DNA from: a virus
Lineage: Duplodnaviria; Caudoviricetes
Strand: one strand, 5' to 3'
IMG/VR virus record: IMGVR_UViG_3300020156_000459
Coordinates: 1-51,897 of that record
DNA length: 51,897 bases
Shown here: piece after piece, positions 46,483 through 51,897 of the stretch
How positions within the stretch are numbered: the stretch's first letter is position 1
Layout of the letters: every line of letters begins with the position of its first letter
The notes under the pieces: generated by a model
Told to the model about the DNA's origin: nothing
Database searches by the model: none
What the model saw: the letters and a program-made list of their open reading frames with translations, nothing else
Translations under genes and position numbers: made by a program

Positions 46483-47867
46483 TTAATTGCCTCTTCGAAC
46501 GCGGAGACGACTTCGGGGCAGGTCAAGAATTCGTCCGAGAACTCACACTCGGCCATAACCTTCTCAAGCTCGTTGGACAGATCCTTCAGATTGTCCGTCT
46601 GGGTCACGACACCGCCACTGCCGTTGGCGGGCGGGGCGTTGTCCTGCTTCGTCAGGTCGTTGAGTTCGCGTTGCAGCTCGATCCGGCGCTTGACCAGCGC
46701 CTCATGCATGGCGGGAACGCCGCTCGTTTTCTCGGGAAGGCGCCCGTACTCCCGGTCTATCCGCTCGATCTCCGCCCGCAACAGCGACGCCCTGTCCGAC
46801 TCGATGCCGGCGCGAAGCGCCTTGGCCGCGTCACTGACCTTGCCCGCAACCAGCTTGGCAATGTCGCTCCGGGCGAGGCGGTCAACGTAGGCGTCCCAGG
46901 CCACGCCAGCGTCATGCAGCGCGGCGCCCCACTCGCTGCGCATGGTCTGGGCCGCGCCACCGTACCGCTGGCGCAACGCCTCGATGGCGACGTTCAGCGC
47001 GCCGGCCTTGTTGCCGTGGTCAGCCAGCATGCGCACCTGGCGCTCTTGCTCGACCGACAGGAAGTTCAATTCCGCATCGAGTCGCTTGACGCCCTCGCCC
47101 CCCTTGCCGAGAGCGTCCCCCATCTTGGCGGCGGCGGCCGGGATCGTGTAGCCCAGCACCGCCGCAACATCCGGCGCGAGTTCCAGGATGCTGCGGAACA
47201 GCTCCGGGTCACGGAGGTCGGGGTTGCGCACCAGCTCCAAGGTGGACTGGTATGCTTCGCTGCGGGACGCCCCTGCATGGATCGCGACGTTCGCCATGTC
47301 GCGGAGCTGGCCGGCCGTGATGCCGGCCTCATTGCCCATCGCCTTCAGGATGGACGCGAGTTCCCGCCCCTCGGCACCGATGCTCGCCATGCGCGCGGCG
47401 ACGATGCCGATCGGCGCGGCGATCACGGCGGCGGCGGCGCCGATGCCCAGGATGCGGCCCGTGATGCCGGGGAACGCTTGGAGCAACTGCCCGCCCTGTT
47501 GCATCAGGACGGTGAACGGGCTGGCGCCGGACGACAGCGATGCCGCAACGTCGCTGGCCGTGTAGCTCAGCGCCTGGATCTGCTGCGTGCTGAACCTCGT
47601 CTTGGTCGCCAAGTTGTCGTTGGCGCTGGCCGCACCGCCGAACGCCGCACCGGCCCTGTCGGCGGCGCCGGCCGCAGCGCCCAGCGATTGCTTCGCCTCG
47701 TCCGCCAGTGTGTCCAGGCGGCCAAGCGCCTGTGAAAGTTGCTGGCCAGCTTCCCGGCCAGTATCACCAAGCTTGGACACCTCGCCCGTTGCCTTGCGAA
47801 GCTCCACTACGAAGTCTTCGGCTTCCGCAGTCAGCTTGAGGACGACGTGTTCTGCAACCTTGGTCAT
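46479..47867 (-). CDS. Short tape-measure-family protein (462 aa)
   Basis: VVLKLTAEA N-terminus; QQIQALSYTASDVAASLSSGASPFTVLMQQGGQL lambda-type TMP motif; LNFLSVEQERQVR.L...GNKAGA. Confidence 0.85.
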   Translation of the reverse strand: MTKVAEHVVLKLTAEAEDFVVELRKATGEVSKLGDTGREAGQQLSQALGRLDTLADEAKQSLGAAAGAADRAGAAFGGAASANDNLATKTRFSTQQIQALSYTASDVAASLSSGASPFTVLMQQGGQLLQAFPGITGRILGIGAAAAVIAAPIGIVAARMASIGAEGRELASILKAMGNEAGITAGQLRDMANVAIHAGASRSEAYQSTLELVRNPDLRDPELFRSILELAPDVAAVLGYTIPAAAAKMGDALGKGGEGVKRLDAELNFLSVEQERQVRMLADHGNKAGALNVAIEALRQRYGGAAQTMRSEWGAALHDAGVAWDAYVDRLARSDIAKLVAGKVSDAAKALRAGIESDRASLLRAEIERIDREYGRLPEKTSGVPAMHEALVKRRIELQRELNDLTKQDNAPPANGSGGVVTQTDNLKDLSNELEKVMAECEFSDEFLTCPEVVSAFEEAIK

Positions 47868-47984
47868 GACGATACTCGCTCGCGATTGGGCCGGCGCTGG
47901 ACTGCTAGACCAGCCCAGCGCCGGCCGCACTCCGATGCGGTAAGGAGAGCCGGCCCCCGCACCGGATGCCGCTGGGATGCCCGG

Positions 47985-48905
47985 TTACAGGTACGGGGAC
48001 ACCACCAGTTCGGCGGTGCCGGCCCACTCGTTGGGCGCCGCGACCGTCTGTTCGTTCGGCGCCGTGCCCACCGTGACCAGCTTCATGTTGTTCTTGATGA
48101 GACGCAGCCCGTCGCCTTCCAACTCGTCCGGCACCACGAGGATGTTGGGGGTAAGGCCCAGCTTCTTGCCGTTCTCGCCCCGGATGCTCTTGATCGCCAC
48201 GCGGGCCGCCTCGTAGTTGTCGTGCGTCAGCGGCGCCTTGCTCGCATAGGCGAGCTGCCAGAGCCCGAAGCCGGCGTTGGCGCGCGCGCGGACGCCGTAG
48301 AAATACTCGTCTTTCCAGAAGACGTTGTCGTCCGTGGCGGCGTCCTGCCTCTGGAACTCGTACGGCAGCCGCTCCTGAAACACGAGGGGTTTGACCGGCT
48401 GGCCGGCGTCCATCAGGAACCACGCCGGCCCGGCCCCATCCTGATAGTTGCTGTAGGACGTAGGCTGACAGTCGATATCCACGACATGATCAGTGGAGAA
48501 GAACGGCTTGCCGTCGTAGCACAGCTCGGTAAACCCGGCTGCCAGAAGCTCGTACACCAACTGGTCGGGGTGCTTCGCCGCGTCGGCGCCCATCTTCTCG
48601 TACAGCGGGCCGAAGACGCCGTACTGGTCATCTTCGATGGCCGTACGGGGAACGCCAATGGTCACCTCAAACGTGCGGTTCTTGATGGTGTAGCCCGCGA
48701 CTTCAAGGTTATGGATGATACGCGAGCCGATCCATTCCCGAAGCTGCGGAAGTTCCTTCAACCAACCATAAGCTTCTTCGCCCGTCGCGCTGTTTGTCTT
48801 CATGGCGATTTTCAGGTACGTGCTTTCGACGCCCTTGAAGCCCTTGTTGAAGGAGGTCTTGAACCCGGCGAACATGCCGGCGAGGTTGGGGGCGGTGATG
48901 AGCAT
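47985..48905 (-). CDS. Second Mu-like major capsid protein (306 aa)
   Basis: YGWL...LREWIGSR, IEDDQYG, CYDGKPFFSTDH, GFGLWQLA, PNILVVP; intact, diverged paralogue of 18087-18980. Confidence 0.95.
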   Translation of the reverse strand: MLITAPNLAGMFAGFKTSFNKGFKGVESTYLKIAMKTNSATGEEAYGWLKELPQLREWIGSRIIHNLEVAGYTIKNRTFEVTIGVPRTAIEDDQYGVFGPLYEKMGADAAKHPDQLVYELLAAGFTELCYDGKPFFSTDHVVDIDCQPTSYSNYQDGAGPAWFLMDAGQPVKPLVFQERLPYEFQRQDAATDDNVFWKDEYFYGVRARANAGFGLWQLAYASKAPLTHDNYEAARVAIKSIRGENGKKLGLTPNILVVPDELEGDGLRLIKNNMKLVTVGTAPNEQTVAAPNEWAGTAELVVSPYL

Positions 48906-48914
48906 GGCTGTCCC

Positions 48915-49880
48915 TTACAGGTTCTTGGCGTATTCGGCCGGATCGTGTCCGAGGGCCGCGCAGATGGCCTTCTGTTCGGCGGTAAGGCGCCCATCGGCGC
49001 CCGAGTTCGGATCGGGCGGCCGGCCCCCCGGCACCACCTCACGGGCGAGGTTGCCGAACACGGGCGGAGCGCTGGCGGCGAACTGGTCGAAGCTGGCCGG
49101 GTTGGATCGGCAGAGGACGAGCCCCCACTCCCGCTGGGCCGGTGTCATCTTGCCGGCGCGGATCGCGGCGTCGACCTTGGCCGTCGCCTGCTCCTCCGAA
49201 AGGTTGGTGCGCATGCTGGCGAGCTGCGTCGCGGCTTCATCATAGAGATGGCGCGGCACGTAGAGGGACGGGTCGGGCACGGCGGCGGCCGTCGCCTTCT
49301 CGCTGGCGTCCTTGACCAGCTTCGTGACGGCCTCGATCACGGCCGCTTCGTCGCTGGTGTCGGGCAGGTTCAACAGCGCGCACAAGCGCTTGATGGTTTC
49401 GGGCGACATGGGCGCTCCCATACTGGCAAGGGCCTTGAGTTCGAAGGCCGGGTTGTTGACCAGGGCGGCCCGAAGAATGCAGGTGACCGCGCCTTCCTTG
49501 GTGTGCCGGAAGACGGGGGACACGTAGCGGTACTCCCTGGCCGCGATCTTGGCAGCGGCGCGCTGCGTCCACTCCACGCGGCCCCAGATGCCATCAGGGC
49601 GGGCCTCAAAGGCCGCGATCCAGCCTGCGGCGGGCGCCTGTCCACCGTGCGGGGCGGCGAGGTCAACGGCGTGGTCGTAGTCGATCACCGGCTTGACCGG
49701 ACCGGCCATCGTCAGGGACGCGGCGATCACCTGTTGCGCGGCGGCCATGCCGGGAAGGGACCAGGGGCCGCGACCGTCGCGGCCCTTGATGGTGCCGTAG
49801 GGCAGAAGCTGCACCCAATCCGGCGGTGCGGCGGGGAGTTCGGAAGAGAAGGAGGCGAGAGCGATCAGGGGATCAGTCAT
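48915..49880 (-). CDS. Second Mu-like protease/scaffold (321 aa)
   Basis: WVQLLPYG...DGRGPW, IDYDH, APAAGWI, VEWT, EYRYVSPVF, ALVNNPA, LTAEQKAICAALG. Confidence 0.95.
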   Translation of the reverse strand: MTDPLIALASFSSELPAAPPDWVQLLPYGTIKGRDGRGPWSLPGMAAAQQVIAASLTMAGPVKPVIDYDHAVDLAAPHGGQAPAAGWIAAFEARPDGIWGRVEWTQRAAAKIAAREYRYVSPVFRHTKEGAVTCILRAALVNNPAFELKALASMGAPMSPETIKRLCALLNLPDTSDEAAVIEAVTKLVKDASEKATAAAVPDPSLYVPRHLYDEAATQLASMRTNLSEEQATAKVDAAIRAGKMTPAQREWGLVLCRSNPASFDQFAASAPPVFGNLAREVVPGGRPPDPNSGADGRLTAEQKAICAALGHDPAEYAKNL

Positions 49881-50247
49881 TGCTAATATCCCCATAGATC
49901 TCGCGGCGCACTTTCCTTACGTGGCGTTCAGTACATCCCACGGCCTGTGCGACGACACGCGTTTTCGCGCCTTCCATCGCCAATATCAGTTCCTTCTTGG
50001 AACCAGCCGGCGGCGGCAACACCGGGATGTCAATCTGTTCTCCAGGATACATATTTCCTATTATTTTGGCGTGCTCCAGTCCGACAATCTTTGCGATCTT
50101 GGATCGTTCCGAAGGGCTCGCGGCAAATTTCCTCTTAGTGCCGCCCCAAGAAAGGCCAAGTTTTATTGCCGTTTCGTATGATGTCGCCCGCGCAATACCC
50201 GCCAAGAAGGGAGGAAGCCTCTTGATCCTGTCATCAGTGATCGCCAT
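49873..50247 (-). CDS. Mor/C-family activator homologue (124 aa; start could be further upstream)
   Basis: Shares WGGTKRK, YPGEQ.D.P and GCTERHVRKV with 29039-29413. Confidence 0.85.
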   Translation of the reverse strand: MAITDDRIKRLPPFLAGIARATSYETAIKLGLSWGGTKRKFAASPSERSKIAKIVGLEHAKIIGNMYPGEQIDIPVLPPPAGSKKELILAMEGAKTRVVAQAVGCTERHVRKVRREIYGDISND

Positions 50248-50272
50248 AGCCTTGACGTAGCCCCCCGGCATC

Positions 50273-50330
50273 GGAATTGGTTCCGACACTAGGGGGACGG
50301 AGAAGCGTCTATCGACGCGGAACTAGTTCC
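50273..50330 (-). promoter_or_regulatory. Putative late promoter of the second element
   Basis: GACGCGGAACTAGTTCC (50314-50330) with TAGTGT 27 nt downstream of the core; second dyad GGAATTGGTTCC at 50273-50284. Confidence 0.65.
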
Positions 50331-50404
50331 CCTTTGTCGGGGGAGCTGAGAGATATCCAGCTTTGATGAAGAGGAGCGGCCGATACGCCCGGCCGATTGC
50401 CGCC

Positions 50405-50429
50405 CGTTTGAACGGGGCTTTGAACGCCT
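50405..50429. other. Copy of the prophage mid-genome motif (candidate gyrase site region)
   Basis: CGTTTGAACGGGGCTTTGAACGCCT, 24/25 identical to 20706-20730. Confidence 0.55.
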
Positions 50430-50533
50430 CTGGGGCGTAGGGCGCACCCACGCTACCGGAAAACGCCAGAACGCACCAGCGGGCTTCCTGTGGGCTTCCA
50501 GGGCGGGGCACCCGGCAGCCACCTCCAATGCGA

Positions 50534-50564
50534 AACGCCCCGCCGGTAGACCCGGCGGGGCGTT
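50534..50564 (-). terminator. Intrinsic terminator-like hairpin separating regulatory and late genes of the second element
   Basis: AACGCCCCGCCGG-TAGAC-CCGGCGGGGCGTT, 13-bp stem, short T-run on the - strand. Confidence 0.7.
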
Positions 50565-50588
50565 GGTGTCGGCAGCGCGGCGAGGCGT

Positions 50589-50921
50589 CTACGCCTCGCG
50601 GGCGTGCCCGCCAGCGCCAACCGCGCGCTCCATGATCGTATCGACCTTCTCCGTGACTAGCTCCAGCATGGCGATCCACTGGCCCCGCTCGGTGGTGCCC
50701 ATGATCATCGCTTCAATGGCGCGCAGTCCGGCCTTCACCTGCATCAGGTCGTCGCCCAGGCTGTGTTCTGCCTCGCCAGCGACGTAGCCGGCCATGCCCC
50801 TCCTACGCGCCTTCCCCATGATGGACGTGAGTTCTTCGATCACCGCTTCTCTGACCGCGCTCCCCCGCTCCGCGCTGTTCTTGAGGAAGATCACGTTGTT
50901 TCCGGTGTTGTCGTGGGCCAT
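50589..50921 (-). CDS. Hypothetical protein (110 aa, MAHDNTGNNVIFLK...)
   Basis: GGAGG upstream; helical composition; the frame is also open up to 51032. Confidence 0.55.
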   Translation of the reverse strand: MAHDNTGNNVIFLKNSAERGSAVREAVIEELTSIMGKARRRGMAGYVAGEAEHSLGDDLMQVKAGLRAIEAMIMGTTERGQWIAMLELVTEKVDTIMERAVGAGGHAREA

Positions 50922-51028
50922 ATTCGAAGAGCCTCCTATGGGTTCGCCCGGTGGCACGGTGGCGGGGCACGGTTTTCCAGGCCAAGCGCCCCGCCACCAC
51001 CCGTCGCGGGCGGTGGGGTGGTAGGGAA

Positions 51029-51553
51029 TCACGATCCGGCGATGTCGAGGATGCGACGCGCCTTCTCGATGGTGACCGTCAGTTCCATGCGCACGAGGTT
51101 GGTTGTGGGGATGCCAGCCCCCGCCTCGCCCATGTCCAGGCCCGGCGGGATCGGCGGGGCCTCACCCTCCGGCCCGAAGGTCGTGTAGAGCCACCGCAGC
51201 ACCCCAACGGCGTGGGCGGAGCGACTACGGGCCACCATCACCTTCGCGGCAGGGATGGAAAGAAGGCGGGTTGCGGCGCCTCTCCCGTCGTCGATCTGGC
51301 GCAGTAGGACGGCGCCCGGCTCTCGCAGTTCCGGGAAGGTTGACGCGGCATGGTCCACCGACTGCCTTGCCCAACTGGCGCCGGCCGCCCGCATCAGGTC
51401 GTTGCCGAGGACGTAGGTTGTGCCGTCCACCGAGAAGACGCGGACGGGGGCCGCACCACAGTAGAGGGTGCAGACAGGCGGCAGGCGGGCGTTGTCGGCT
51501 GGCACCTCGGGCCGTCCTTCGGCGGGGGCCGCTGGTGTGCGGGGATCGTCCAT
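51029..51553 (-). CDS. BRO-N/antirepressor-like protein (174 aa)
   Basis: PVRVFSVDGTTYVLGNDLMRAAG, LLS, RS..A..VLRWL resemble BRO-N; GGAG RBS. Confidence 0.6.
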   Translation of the reverse strand: MDDPRTPAAPAEGRPEVPADNARLPPVCTLYCGAAPVRVFSVDGTTYVLGNDLMRAAGASWARQSVDHAASTFPELREPGAVLLRQIDDGRGAATRLLSIPAAKVMVARSRSAHAVGVLRWLYTTFGPEGEAPPIPPGLDMGEAGAGIPTTNLVRMELTVTIEKARRILDIAGS

Positions 51554-51581
51554 CTACTGCTCCAAACTGCGGTTGCGTTGG

Positions 51582-51652
51582 CCCCATGCATGGGGTAATT
51601 TGCCCCAGATTGGGCGCCGTTGCAATGGCAAAATGCGCCAACGTTGGGGTAA
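51582..51652. promoter_or_regulatory. Operator-like palindromes in the divergent promoter region
   Basis: CCCCATGCATGGGG, CCCCAGATTGGG, CGCCAACGTTGGGG; TGGGGTAA occurs twice. Confidence 0.55.
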
Positions 51653-51660
51653 ATCGCACC

Positions 51661-51897
51661 ATGATTACGGGTGACCAAATCCGGGCCGGCCGGGAACTGC
51701 TCAACTGGTCTGCCCGCGTCTTGTCTGAGCGGGCAGGCGTGGGGCCGAACACGGTGCAGCGCATGGAAAGCGCCGGAGCGGCGGTGCCATCAGGTCTTGC
51801 CGCCAACCTGGACAAGGTGCAGAAGGCATTAGAGGCGGGTGGGATTGAGTTCCGGGACGGCGGGTGGGTGCGTAGGTCACCGCAGAACGGCGCGTAA
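51661..51897 (+). CDS. XRE-family HTH regulator (78 aa)
   Basis: MITGDQIRAGRELLNWS...LSERAGVG..TVQRME...KVQKALEAGGIEF. Confidence 0.88.
   Translation: MITGDQIRAGRELLNWSARVLSERAGVGPNTVQRMESAGAAVPSGLAANLDKVQKALEAGGIEFRDGGWVRRSPQNGA

Larger units (their letters stand above)
44293..51897 (-). mobile_element. Second Mu-ended element, putative satellite of the transposable phage (continues beyond the window)
   Basis: Terminus identical to the prophage end for 22 bp; compact operon of activator, protease, capsid, short tape measure and chaperone; interrupts the same host gene. Confidence 0.8.

Noticed and set aside
44293-51897. Second element as an assembly duplication or merely a decayed copy of the prophage
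   Set aside because: Proteins are substantially diverged, frames are intact and coupled, gene order differs and the tape measure is of another family; decay is not fully excluded until the far end is seen
1-51897. tRNA, rRNA, CRISPR array, integrase or att sites
   Set aside because: None recognised by eye; integration is explained by DDE transposition with a 5-bp duplication

Overview
GC-rich alphaproteobacterial DNA, probably Azospirillum-like (inferred from GC content and a GapR homologue). It holds two transposable elements inserted 738 bp apart in the same host metallo-beta-lactamase-fold hydrolase gene. (1) A complete, apparently intact Mu-like transposable prophage with a non-contractile tail at 1540-43554 (42,015 bp). 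It has TG...CA termini, an exact 5-bp target duplication CCGGT, repeated ATGGTTTGAC end boxes, repressor/ner/MuA/MuB, gemA/Mor-C, lysis, head and tail modules. (2) A second, compact element starting at 44293 and running off the right edge of the window. Its first 22 bp are identical to the prophage end at 1540. It encodes its own Mu-type protease/scaffold, major capsid protein (with an 11-aa insertion), a short tape-measure protein, a tail chaperone lacking the frameshift, and a Mor/C-type activator with the same recognition helix as the prophage's. It also shares the prophage's late-promoter dyad and a 24/25-nt non-coding motif. No portal, terminase, tail tube, lysis or transposase gene lies in the visible part. 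My best interpretation (inference) is a satellite of a transposable Mu-like phage that borrows transposition, packaging and tail functions while remodelling capsid and tail. This is the main candidate new system. Secondary points of interest: a MuF protein with a JAB/MPN-like C-terminal domain plus a small partner ORF, serine-less ACP-like proteins, GapR, internal copies of the end box, and a phased pac-like repeat. Protein family calls come from motif recognition by eye; no database searches were run.
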